The position numbers were made by a program, and so were the translations under genes. A model generated the notes under the pieces. That model saw only the letters and a program-made list of their open reading frames with translations. It had not been told where the DNA came from and searched no databases. From Macrostomum lignano (Eukaryota), in contig NIVC01000903.1 in the NCBI GenBank assembly GCA_002269645.1, forward strand, positions 458,459-522,458: a stretch of 64,000 bases of DNA. Direction: 5' to 3'. This document shows positions 36,601-48,900 of this stretch, piece by piece. Each line of letters starts with the position of its first letter. Positions within the stretch are counted from its first letter, which is position 1.

Positions 36601-38542
36601 TCAGTGAGCATCAGTTAGTGAGCATCAGTCAGTGAGCATCAATCAGTGAGCATCAGTGAGCATCAGTGAGCATCAGTGAGCATCAGTCAGTGAGCATCAG
36701 TCAGTGAGCATCAGTCAGTGAGCATCAGTCAGTGAGCATCAGTCAGTGAGCATCAATCAGTGAGCATCAGTGAGCATCAGTGAGCATCAGTCAGTGAGCA
36801 TCAGTCAGTAAGCATCAGTCAGTGAGCATCAGTCAGTGAGCATCAGTGAGCATCAGTCAGTGAGCATCAGTCAGTAAGCATCAGTCAGTGAGCATCAGTC
36901 AGTGAGCATCAGTCAGTGAGCATCAGTCAGTGAGCATCAGTCAGTGAGCATCAGTAAAAGGTCACGAGTTGCGTTCTCACCGGCAGTGCTTGTTGGTGAG
37001 CAGCACAACATGCCTGGAGTCGGGCTGGCGCACATCGAACTGTCTGAGAGTGCCGTCGGCGCTAACGCTAAGAAACAGGTCGGCCTCAGTGGGGCTGGTG
37101 ACAATGTCGAACACGGTGGCCCTGTGACAGGCGTAGGAGCGAACATTGCCACCATCGTTGCTGGCCTGGCCAAGGTCGATCAAGTTGATTTTGCCGTCGC
37201 CAGCTGCCGATAAAATTTTTAGATCATCTGACATTGGCAGGAATTTTGAGCTGAATATGTTCGCCCGGTGGCCAGATGCAATTGAGTGAGACTCGGCCTG
37301 GTTAATTTCAAGTATTCAGGCATAATTTCATTTGTAGCTACTTATCAGTAGTGTGCTGGGCAAAGATGGGCAAAGACATGCAGGCCTGGACCCTATTCAT
37401 ACAATGAGATGCAGTGCTATCTATATATAAGCCTTTGGATACAATTACTCAAGATTTCACTACATTCTTCTGCAGCAACCAAAACACCTGCTTTCATTAC
37501 CAAATGCCCTGTTCTGTTTGCCATTATTTTGCAATGCAAAGCAATGTTCCAAATTCAACCTGCATGCATGCAATAGTTTTGGATTTGTTTAGTTTTGATA
37601 CTAAAAACCATGGTTGGGAAAGATTTTAATCTCTTTCTAAAATAGACAGGAGCTACAGGGTATTAATCAGATAGTTAAAGGCTTAAGAAATATTAACTAG
37701 AGAAAAAAGTCAAATAAAAGTCTAATGGAAATTGTAAAACATCTCAATAATTGTTAAAATGGTTTATGACTTATTGAAAGCAACTTAGCTTACCAAATGA
37801 CTAAATGGAGATGTTATAGCAACATTGCGATCATCTGAGCCAGACAATAAGTAGCGCCCATTAGAGCTCCAACACACTGAATTAACCTACAAAAATGAAA
37901 AGGAAAATTCTTGATGATGATGACTATGATGACTAATAGTCATCAAGTTTTTTAAAGATATACAATAGAATTAAAGAACTCACACAACCAGAATGCACAG
38001 GAAGAATTTTTTCCAATGATAGTCGTATTACACTCCATTCAAAGTCTAAAAAGGTTAGAAAATGTTTAAATGTTTATGTTCTTTATTAAACTTTTACTAT
38101 ATTATATTTATTTCCAATAATGCAATATTGGTCTCATTCTGTATAATCATAATTATCATACATAGTTTATTTTAAAACTATCTTATAAGTAAAGGTTTAT
38201 TACAGAAGAAAAACAAAATGCTTAGATAGAGCAGACTTAGAGCAGAATACTAAAAGCAAAAAAATAGTTGTTAGTAAATAGCTAAGTTATAAGTTACAAC
38301 TGATATAAGGGTGCAAAACACAGTGGCACAGTCGGAAATTTTTTTGGGGGGCCCATTCAGGGGAGGGGGAATTTTGCCAGGCCCCGCACCCCCCTGGCTG
38401 TGCCACAGGCAAAACAATCAATTCAACTTCTTCTCTAAAGCTATCAACATTTTTGGAGTAATTATTTACCTTTGAAATTGCTTTTTGGAAGGTTATCAGG
38501 AAAAGTTATTCGATAGTTCAAATTTTGGTGAAAGAAAGACAT
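33686..38542 (-). CDS. DCAF6: DDB1- and CUL4-associated factor 6 (WD40); exons 38542-38470, 38045-37984, 37886-37794, 37297-36981, 35003-33686 (620 aa)
   Basis: Spliced product [33 protein letters not shown]...SGHRANIFSSKFLP...FRGDWSDTGP...GHRNARTCIQQAAFWG...SGSDCGH...ATSGIDYDVKLWSP...NTVTVPGS. Introns are GT..AG with phases 1,0,0,2. Exons 1-3 are too short for the ORF track; exon 1 is the least certain. Confidence 0.9.
35035..36955. repeat. 14-bp/10-bp minisatellite (tcagtcagtgagca) filling DCAF6 intron 4
   Basis: A 1.9-kb array that ends within ~30 nt of both splice sites. Confidence 0.97.
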
Positions 38543-40398
38543 TTTTAAAGTTCACAAAATGTCTAAAATAGATCTGCAAATAAAGTCCCCCCCCCTAGTA
38601 ATGATTTAGCAAAAAACAAACGAGTAAAAAGTAATCAATTAAAATTAAAAATTCTACGGTTACAAACGTCATTTGCTTTGTGAAGCAAACAAAACTTTAG
38701 GCAAAGCAAGTTCTACTTTGCCAGTTTGCTGAAAATTAATTTGATCTCGGTTAAGCGAACGTTTTGTAGAAAAAAAGTATTCAAATTTTTTGGTCATTTT
38801 CGTAATGTAAAATATACTCCACGGCTCGTTTTTATACATAAATATTATTCAATTCAAAATTAATTATTTAACTTTTTGCAAAATTTCTCCTTAATTTAAA
38901 TATATAGTTATACTTAATACATTTGTACGATCTAATTTTACGAGGTAAAACCTATTTTGAAATCATTCAACAGTCCGTCAATTTAAATTTTTGTTTGGCT
39001 TTTTCGTTTTAAAGAAGTTAAGTAGACATATACTTCTTTAGCATGTTTAGCATTTAAAATTTCGACATTCGAGTGTTATAACTACAGTACAGGCAACATG
39101 AATATGAGTATAATGTATATAATGTATAATGTATAATGTAATTATATCTGTATTGGTGGTAAACTTACTGTAGTCTGTAATTGTAATGTGTACTGTACAA
39201 TATTAGCTAGGCGGCTAACTTTGGCTCCCTAAGCAGATTAAGATGTAGCCTATTACATTTTTATGTGGTGGGTAAGGCTATAGTAGGCCTATAAAACACA
39301 TGCATAGCAATATAGATTAAGAGGGTATTAGAGCCCAGAGGTTAGTTGCAAGATGTTAGATGGGACATTTTTCTATCTATAGGCCTAGGCCTAAAATGCC
39401 TGAAAACTTTAAGCTTTATGTATGAGTATGACATTGGCATAAATAGATAACAGATTTGGCTATAGGCTAGGGGCCTATCTCTTAGTCCATGACTCTACTA
39501 TCTTATGTTATTATCCCTTGTTCTTAGGCCTAGGCCTAGCTGTTATTTTATTGGCCTATAGAGGGCCTACCTCTTAATTTTGTATCAATTTTTTTAGGCA
39601 GTCATTATTTGCATAGTAGGCCTACTGTGTAAATATAGCTAGTGTTATTTACAAATTATTTACAAAAGTAACTAAAATAAATGGGCCTACATTAGCCTAA
39701 GGCCCCATAAATAGTTATTTTATCAAGGACTAATCAATATTTGATCCTTGTATCTTTTATTTTCAATATGAGTTTAAACTAACTAAAGCTAGGCCTTAGT
39801 AAAATAGAGTTTAAACATAATTTATGTTTATAGCTTAGCATTAGCTTAGCATAGCTTAGCTTAGCTAGCCTAGCTTAGTATACTTAAAAAACAAATAAAA
39901 GATGCAACTTATTTGCCTTTAAAATAAATGGATTTGTGGTCAGTCAAATATAACTTGATTAGGCCTATTCTCTTATAGCCATAGTTAGGAAGATAGCCTT
40001 TTTTTACAGATAATTCCAGTGCAAAAAAGGGTTGGGTATGTTATATTGAAGCATTCTGGCACAATAGTAGGCAAGGGAAAAATTTCATTATTTTGGTTAA
40101 CAATCACCTTAACTTAAATAGTGATGATCCCTCAAACAATGACAATCACTACTGAAAACAGTTGTAAAACATAAAACCCAATGGTGGTTTCCAATGAAAT
40201 GAAATTGAATGTTGGCAAATTGACTTTGTTTATTTCAAATGATGGTAAGACTATTATAGCTTATATTTCACTTTTAGTTTACAATCATCTATATGTATGT
40301 TACTATTAAAATGATTGCAAACCAAAGTTGGCTATAGGAAAGCCCATTAAATAATTTTAATTATAAAGTCGCAAGTTTGAACTAGCAGCTTATATATA

Positions 40399-41545
40399 CA
40401 ATGTGTATTCAAAAAGTTCTTTTCGATGCCCTACAAAACTGAACACAAAACAACTGGAACTATGAAAACACTATTAGATTGTTTAATTCTGTCACTCAAC
40501 ATATTCATTGCTAATGTCTTTGCACTTCTGCCAGAAATTTACCAGGCCTCTGTTTCCAGAACTCACACCATTTGTATCTGTTTGACGAACAGCTTGACTG
40601 CATGCAACTTGGATGTGCTCAACGCTGTCAAATTGAATGCCTCGAAGGTGCTTCTTCACAGAATGAAATAAGAAAAAGTTGCATGGCAACAAATCAGGCA
40701 AATAGGGTGGATGTTGGAGCACTTCTCAGCCCCATTTGCTCAGGAGTTCCACAACGTTGTGCTTGCAATGTGCTGGCGCATTGTCGTGCAGCAGAATCAT
40801 GCTAGGTTCCAGCAGACCAGGGGCGCTTCTTTCCTATTGCTGGGCGCAACTCCTGCAGTATCCACTTTTAGTAGTCCCCATTGACGGTGGTTCCTTGTGG
40901 GACTGCCCAGTTCAGCAGGATTCCTTGGGAATAAAAAACATGACGTGCATGATCTTCAGCGCACCCTGCTTCCTGATGGCTATCTGAGGTCTTGGAGAAT
41001 ATGCTGGAAGCCATTCGGCAGACTGGGCCTTTGTCTCAGGATCCCAGCTGTAAACCCACGTCTCGTCTCCAGCAACAATTCTCGATAGAAAATCCTCCCC
41101 TTCTCGATGGAACCGACACAGGTGGCTGCTTGAAGCCAGAGTTCACTGCATCTTTTGCTCACCTGTCAGCAGGTGTGGCACCCACTTGCAGAACTTTTTC
41201 TGCAGGTGAAGACGCTCAGTCAGAATTGTGTGGACGCTTCCTGCTGACACACCAACGTCTTCTCCCAACTCTTCGCAAGTCCGTAGCCGATCATCATCCA
41301 GGAGCTCTTGTACTTTCTTCACAACAGTCTCATAGGTTGCAGTCATCAGCCTTCCAGAGCGATCATTGTCCCCAACGCTCTCTCTTCCCTCAGCGAACAG
41401 CCGGTACCATTTTCGAAATGTCTGCTCAGTTGGTGCACAGTTGCCAAGCACTTGCTGAAGCTCCCTAAACATATCCGGTGGCTTTTTACTTGCAGAAACT
41501 GAAACTTCATCAAGCTTTGAATGTCTTACTTTGAAAATGATTCAG
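40399..41545 (-). pseudogene. Decayed mariner (DD34D) transposon
   Basis: Minus-strand fragments KWVPHLL, IVAGDETWVY, LLHDNAPAH and HPPYLPDLLPCNFFLF, broken by a stop and frameshifts. A TIR remnant ta|caatgtgtattcaaaaagttc is at the left end; the right boundary is approximate. Confidence 0.88.
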
Positions 41546-42724
41546 CTATGGCCCTGATTGCAGCGCATGGGCATTTTGGCGGACGGCGTCTGGCGCGATT
41601 CTAATACGGCGCGGCGCGTACGGCGCGCGGCAATTAGTACGGCGCGGCGCGGTACTAATTAGATGCCGAGGCATTTAGCCTTGATAAGACAGTCATAGTT
41701 ACTCCTGCCGTTTATCTAAAACTGCGTTAATTTTGCTTTAGGGTTTCTTTCACAGGTAAGTCATTTCACAGCGTGGCGCAGGTTGTGTAGGCGTCTGGCG
41801 TACTTAAGCCATGCGCTGCAATAGGGGCTATGGCCAAGAAATTGAGTGGTAGCTGATAAAAATGTTTGCTGCTCTAAACATAGTTGCAAACTGAGGCTAA
41901 AAACCCTAGGAACATTTAGGCCATAGACATAACTTGGTGAAATCACTAAAATTCTGTTTACAATGCTTTCTAAAAATAAATGCCAAAGGACCAAAAAGAA
42001 CTATTTGAATACACCTCATATATATCACTTTTAGTTTATGATCACCTAAACATATATTGCCTATTGAAATAATTGTGAACTAAAGCTGGCTATAAAAAAG
42101 TGTCAAATATAACAAATAGTCACCATATGCAGAAAACTGCTGCTCATTCTAGATCAAAGGCATCAAAATCCCCCTTTACCTTTGCATCCCCCTTACCTTT
42201 GCACCCTCTCTCCTTTGGTTTATGATTACTTCCACATATGCAATCTGCTAAAATGATCGCAGTCCAAAGCTGGCAATATTACCTTTACCCTAAGTGCATG
42301 TGCATTACATATAATATTAATTTTAACCCAGTTTCAGTTCAGTTTCAGTTTCTATTTGCATTACACATTCAAATGATCATATACCAAAGCTGATATATAA
42401 GCATCATCCAATAAACTGCACTTTCAACTTTGTGTATTTTAAGTTTTACTAGTATTTTTTCAAATGGAAAATTATTGATTTTTGCATTTTTTCAAAGAGT
42501 TATAGTACAAAACCAAGCAAACCTTTTTAATAAGATTTGTTCCACAGCACAGTGCAATCAAACTTTTTTGATAAGATTCATTCTGGTATAGGCATGCCAT
42601 GATCCTGACTATAGGGCTACAGCTATAATTATAAGTACTATAATATATAAAACTAGTATTTATTTTATTTACTGTGCAAATAACAAGTACTAGTATTTTA
42701 GGATCTTTATTTATTTGTCTTCTA

Positions 42725-43552
42725 CGAGAGGTGTCCCAAAAGTTCCCGGAATGTCTAACGTAGCTCTTCAACAGAGCCATGAAATTTCACGCCCATGGTG
42801 TCAAATGAAAAGAAATTTTGTCACAAAGAATACAAAGTTAAAATCATGTTGATATCTTTTTTTATTCAAGAGCTACAGCAAGAAACGTGCGCAAAGGTCA
42901 TGGGTAGTGTTACACAACCTCAACAATCTATGGCAATAATTTTTTCATCTCCATTTTTGGAGTTTTTCATTTTGAATTCGTGCTACTGACGTGTTAGAAA
43001 GACGTGGTAGTGTCTATGGAAAAAAGCAGAAATGCTCATAAAGCTAATCTGAGCTTTTGCGCGAGTGCAGATAATTCGTACCAAGCGCTTGCTTTCAACT
43101 TGAAATTTCTTTGCGAAAATGAGTTCTCTTCAGAGCCTTGAAAGTCAGCAAAGTCAAGTTTTTGCCCTTTGGTCAGTAGGATGGAGTAGAGCCAAGATTT
43201 CTAACCACTTATTCTCCATCCACGGTGAGAACAGCCTGAAAAAACTGCAATTTACGGATGGATTGAACGCTTTAGAGTTGGCCAGTCTGCTGTGAATGAA
43301 TTCAAAATGAAAAACTCCAAAAATGGAGATGAAAAAATTATTGCCATAGATTGTTGAGGTTGTGTAACACTACCCCTGACCTTTGCGCAAGTTTCTTGCT
43401 GTAGCTCTTGAATAAAAAAAGATATCAACATGATTTTAACTTTGTATTCTTTGTGACAAAATTTCCTTTCATTTGACACCATGGGCGTGAAATTTCATGG
43501 CTCTGTTGAAGAGTTACGTTAGACATTCCGGGAACTTTTGGGACACCCCTCG
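42725..43552. mobile_element. 828-bp fold-back mariner-derived MITE with 255-bp inverted arms and TA TSD
   Basis: Arms 42725-42979 and 43298-43552 are reverse complements with about 5 mismatches; TA at 42723-24 and 43553-54. The spacer encodes a frameshifted transposase N-terminus from ATG 43119. Confidence 0.92.
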
Positions 43553-45419
43553 TAGTTATTTTAGACTAGGGGTTCAATAATATTTAATTTTCAAGATTTT
43601 TGAGATTTGCTTTTTTGTCAATACAACATAAGATTCAAGTGCTACCAAATTTTTCAATGTCTAATTTGTCAACTATTTTGATGAGTTTGGTTTACCTTAC
43701 CATGTACTATTGACAAGTTTAGTTACTTAACAATAAGTTCACTATTGTCATTGACTAATATATTTACTTTACACTAAAAATTGAAGGACAAAGCCTATTG
43801 AGAAGATACATATAGGATAACAAAGAATGGTTTTATTTGATATTAATTTTTTATAAGCTGTTAATACCTGCAGATTTTAAAGTCATTGAATTCTAATAAT
43901 AAATCCCAGGAACTATTTTTGCATGCATTTTAAAATCTAAAATCCAAAACCAAGTTAATGGTTGAGATAAGCAAAACTTGGGATTAAATTTGTTTAAAAG
44001 GTTTGTTTGTTTAATTTAAATATTTATTCTAGTACATATTTAAATAATGAAAGAAAAACTAAACTTATAAATTATAGTTAGTTTATAATTATAATAATTA
44101 ATTATTGTATAATTTCTTTATGTATACTAGTGGCTATGCAATATAGTCTTAGCAACAATGCAATTTATACTAAGAGGTTTTTTGTTCATATGGTAAAGTG
44201 TGTATATGTACCCAAAATTTGAAATTGCACCTTGAAATTGATAACAGAGTGCAATTTAATTGGGATATTATTACCTATTTTGATAAGTAATAAAACTACT
44301 TAACTTTGACATGTTAGCTGGACTAAGTTAAGAGTCTTCAACCTTCTACAGAGAGTAGGCTGCATTAATAACTGGCTTGGGGTCTGCAGGCTACATGCTC
44401 CCCCCTCCCTCCCAACCCTTTTAACCCCCAACCCACACCTTTGCCTTGAATCTTACTGATATTAGCTAGCATTCTTTCTTACTTTCATTTCTACTCTTGA
44501 CTGCATGTATATTTGTATACTAGGAGTAGTTAAAATAGTAATCCAAATGATTTTTAGGGCTGCATAAAATTTTTGAAGGCAACAATAAAACATACATGCC
44601 TAACACCTGTCCAACCTGTCTAAACTAGATAGTTGAAATAGCTGCCAGCCAAGATAAGTTGCAAAATTGAAAATGCTAAAAAAATAAAAAATTGGGTGAA
44701 GAAAGAAAGGAAAAGAAAGAAGGGAGTAGAGAGAAAAAGAAAGAGGACAAAGAAAGAAAAAAAAGAGAAAAAGGCAAGAAAAGTCATATACAAAGTGAAA
44801 ATTAAGTCCCAATTGGAGAAATTAAGTTGTAATTGAAAGGAACTAAGTTGCAAATCTGGACAAAACTAAGTTGTACTGGATAGGTGAAATTTTAAGGTTG
44901 GGCATATATGCAGTGAAATCTGGTGATAGAAGGTACATAGTCAAGTTTAGTTATATAGTCTTGGTAGGCCACATGTAATGCAAACTACTAAAAGTTGCCA
45001 CAAGCTAAAAAAGGGCTTGCAGGCCAAAGGTTGGAGCCCCTAGACTAAATACTATCATTATAACTGATCCCATAGCTAAAGAAAAAATGTTGTAGATTCT
45101 TAAGCTAAAGAAAATTTGCTTCAAAAGCTCACTTAAGTAGAGGATATAATGTCTATGCTAACAACTAAAATCAATTAAAGAGCAAGTTCCATGTGCAGAA
45201 AAAACAGTTACAATTTTTAATTGTCTTTCATACAGAAAGGCTATCAAACTTTTCAAATTAATAATTTTGAATTTGACAAAAACTGCTTAAAGCTTTTTGG
45301 GTATCTTAATAAATATAAAGTAAAGAGAATTATTGTTTGATTTTTATTCATTTTTATTTTATATATAATATAATTAGATATATAATATATAGTGGATTCT
45401 TAACCCACTCGGAACAATT

Positions 45420-45640
45420 TGTGTCCTTGAGCAAGACACTTAACACTGCATTGTTTCAGTTCACCCAGCTGTAAAATGGGTGCCAGCATTAGCTGGGGTA
45501 ATTGAGTGTGTGTGGCAACCCCAGTCCTTGGACTGAACAGCCATAAGCAGCCTTAGATGTGCCACGCAATAGCTGTGGCTGACCTATTGGTTGCACATCT
45601 GCCCATGTGCCCATTGAAGTTGGTTACATTTGGATTAAAC
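45420..45640 (+). mobile_element. CORE-SINE-like segment
   Basis: tgtgtccttgagcaagacacttaacactgcattgtttcagttcacccagctgtaaaatggg (45420-45480) resembles the MIR/CORE consensus tgtgaccttgggcaagt.acttaacctctctg.gcctcagtttcctcatctgtaaaatggg (recalled). The 3' boundary is approximate. Confidence 0.7.
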
Positions 45641-45921
45641 ATTGTCTACAAATATAGCTAATACCCCAATGAGGTCTCTGAAGCCATTTTTAGATATTTT
45701 TATACCAAACTATCTCATTCTGTCTCATGTCATATAAAGGCTCTCCAAATATTAGGTACATGTCATTTTTTATGGAAACTACCTGGCATATAACACTAGC
45801 CAGCTAATATTGAATTATGCAAGCAATTAATAAATTTATCTTTATCAAGAAGTCTATCTTAAAACTGTAAAGAATTTCAGTAGCTAAAAATTCAGTTTCA
45901 GTTTTAATGATTATTTTTCAG

Positions 45922-48900
45922 GGAGACCCTGAGTCATTGATCATCACACCGCAGAGCTTTGCAGCACTGCTAGGTGGCAGCTTTCAGGTGAGAAATTGTA
46001 TATTTATTTAGAGAACTATGGATTAATAAACAGAATTTATCTAATAAAAATGGATCCAAAAGTAATTTCTTATTTGCATTCAGTCTAGAGAGACTTTTAT
46101 AAAGCAAAAAATGAACTTAGGTCCTAGTTTGGTCAGGTTATTTTTCTGTACCAACAGCAGTGAATTCAACTTTATCAATTAAATTAAGCTGCTGCTGATC
46201 GACTGCCGCTCGTTCCTTGAGTTCAACACCAGCTGCATACGCGGCGCTATCAATGTGTGCTGTTCGCGGCTTGTTAGGAAACGTCTGCAACAGGGCAAGG
46301 TGAGGAGTAACATGTGTTGTGTAATAATTGGCAAATATATTGTTCAAAATTGATTTATGGAGTCGGCCACTTATGTGATCAACGAGTGTCCAGTGAGACA
46401 TAACGGTAGAAATTAAAATAAAAGCCACAGATTCTATATTATCTATATGTGTCACTCGCAGCATTCTCCCAGCACTCCCCCACAGACACCCCCACAGGCC
46501 ACAGACACTGGGTGCTGCTAATGCTTGAGAGCAGCAAAATCTTTACTCTATGGTCCTAACCCTCAGGGTTTTCGCGCTGCGGGCCAGGCGGCTAGAGTGA
46601 CATTAATCTGAGATAAAGCCTGCATGAGCTGTCATAATCTATGGGCCAAAAGTACGAGCTAGATGCCCGAAATCTGCTTTGAGCTGCTTTGGCATTTTAT
46701 ATTTAGATAATTCTCTTGGTTGAACAGTGGCCTATCCAGGACGTCAAGGTTGAGGCTGATCTCTCCCGTGGGAAAAAATAAATCTTTGTGCTCAATCGTC
46801 AATTGGATATTTTTCATTTTACGAGGGAGAGAGAAGCTTCTCAAGCCAGATTCAATATTTTCTACCGCCGCTACGCGCCACCATTTGATGCGGATAGTGT
46901 TACGCCCGCCTGCTTGTCATAGAGAGGGAGGTTGGGAGGTTTCGGTTGGTAGCAAATAATAAGTGATAAAATCGCATATCCGATCCGATTAAACTAAATC
47001 TCCGCTGAGGTCTCCTACCCTGCCTCATAGTATGCGTCACCCAACATTGCGGTTTGGCGTAGCGCCTCCCCCCACCCTCCAAGATCAAGGCCAATAATGC
47101 CGACCGTGTGCAAAATGACGTCAGCGTGTGTTGCAGTCGTGCGCGTAAATGTTAGCTATAAAATATATTTAATCGTATAGTCCTATGCCTGTTAGCATAA
47201 GCTGTTATATACATGTGTGTGATTCGCTTGTTATAGCAACCTTTAACAGCTACTTGTTATCCAGCGCAGTCTGTGTTCTGACTATTCTGACTCATTCTGC
47301 ATAGAGTGCACGCATTAAGCGAGGCTCTTTCAAGGTCAAAAACGCTTTTTTTAACTAACCCCATTTAACCAAGTAAATTTCTGATAGGAGCATTTTCAAC
47401 TGGGATGATCAATAATTCATTGTTCATTATGAGCATTTCCAACTATGTAATCAATGTTTATTATGAGCATTTTCAACTAGGTGATCAATGCTCATTATGA
47501 GCATTTTCAACTGCGATGATCATTGCTCATTATGAGCATTTTCAACTGCGATGATCATTGCTCATTATGAGCATTTTCAAATTGGGATGGTCATTGCTCA
47601 TTATGTTCATTTTCAACTGGGATGATCATTGCTCATTATGGTGATAAGGGGCTCTTAATTGGAATGACTATTACTAGTATCGGGATTTTTAGCAGGATGG
47701 CCATTGCTCGTATTGGGATTTCTAAAGATGACTACTTCTCATATTGGGATTTTTGATGGGGATTTCGAGATCAAATCTGCTCAGTTCCTCGGAATGCTCA
47801 GCTCATACGCAGATTTTCGTGGAGGCCGGTGGGTTGGGAGATTTTCGCCGGATTAGAGGCATCTGTTGCTATTAGCTAGTCCCGAGGGATGTTCTGTAAA
47901 TTTTTTTCCGGCTTATTTGCTATTCATATCTTCACTTACTTTTCTGTGTGTATAACAAAAATCATCTATCCTTTTATTACTGCATTCTCAAATATTGATT
48001 GCGCAACCAATTTGCATGTTTCTGAGTAACTGATTTTACATGTATAATACTGTTACAGAAGGGCAGGCTGTTTGTGCGTGTATAGAATGTGTCATCGAGC
48101 TTGCTATGTTAGATTAGCTACTTAATAATAGTGAGCTGTAGTGGCTTAGGTAAGCCTGGACAATTGAGAATTGTGTGAGAACTATAAACGATTACTCACA
48201 CTTAAGCTAAACTGCAGAGACCGAACATTCGTGCGTGTGAATAATTTCACGTTTACCTTGCGGGTACGCGGCTGGCTGGCCATACACCCTAGATCCATTG
48301 ATTTCCCCATTACTGTAGAGTATCCATATTGAGTTTATAGTTGTTTTTTGTAGAGTAGTGAATCCCGGATGGCTTGTGTGACACACATGATTGACAAACT
48401 TGTCCGATATGGGTAAGGCGTTAGTTTCTGTTTATTTACTCTGCGTAAATTAATGAAGTATGATGGTTAAATATGGTATTTGCGTTCTATAGGGGCCGTA
48501 GTCTAGTGTTTTAGTGCCTAGTGCCCAGGCTCGATTCCAGGTGTAGTTGCATTAATTTTGGGCTAAATCGGAATCTCAGCTTGGGTCTGCTTGTGCAATT
48601 AACGCCATTGAGGGCCAACCCCCACAAGGCACAGTGAAGTGTACATGCCTAACCATAAATAAAAGTTAGGGCCGCTGTACAGATCCTGTGTGAGTGTGTG
48701 CCTGTGCGGATGACTGCTCAGGGGAGTCGACGGAATGGGCAATAATGCCTCTCGCAGGTATGTATGTGACAGTGACAATGTCGATTATTAAAGTGCACCA
48801 GGGTGCATGTAGCTCCCTGTCTTTAATAAAGAAATAACGTCTTATACTACTGAAATATAAGTAGAAATAAGAGATAGATTCCGTATTATGAAATGAAATT

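Noticed and set aside
35035-36955. The DCAF6 intronic repeat lacks AG on the sense strand, suggesting selection against cryptic acceptors
   Set aside because: The LOTUS and PSMD3 intronic repeats contain many sense-strand AGs, so there is no general rule.
4370-38564. Acceptor-to-ATG distances of 32, 8, 11, 26, 2 and 20 nt are all 2 mod 3
   Set aside because: I chose the acceptors after the fact and other AGs nearby give other frames (e.g. 4 nt for PSMD3, 31 nt for DCAF6). Not interpretable without mapped splice sites.
41742-41755. 14-nt segment flanked by tttag| and |gtaagt after a CG-rich patch
   Set aside because: It could be a non-coding 5' exon end, but it has an in-frame stop upstream and no ATG in the DUSP frame, so it does not solve the missing initiator and cannot be assigned.
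46138-46464. 108-aa minus-strand ORF in the track
   Set aside because: It is the antisense of the true DUSP rhodanese exon 46189-46299.
48745-48757. Possible extra DUSP first exon ATG CCT CTC GCA G|gtatgt (or MGNNASR in another frame)
   Set aside because: Only a donor-like site. The phase does not fit the next exon (52914, phase 0) and there is too little coding sequence to support it.
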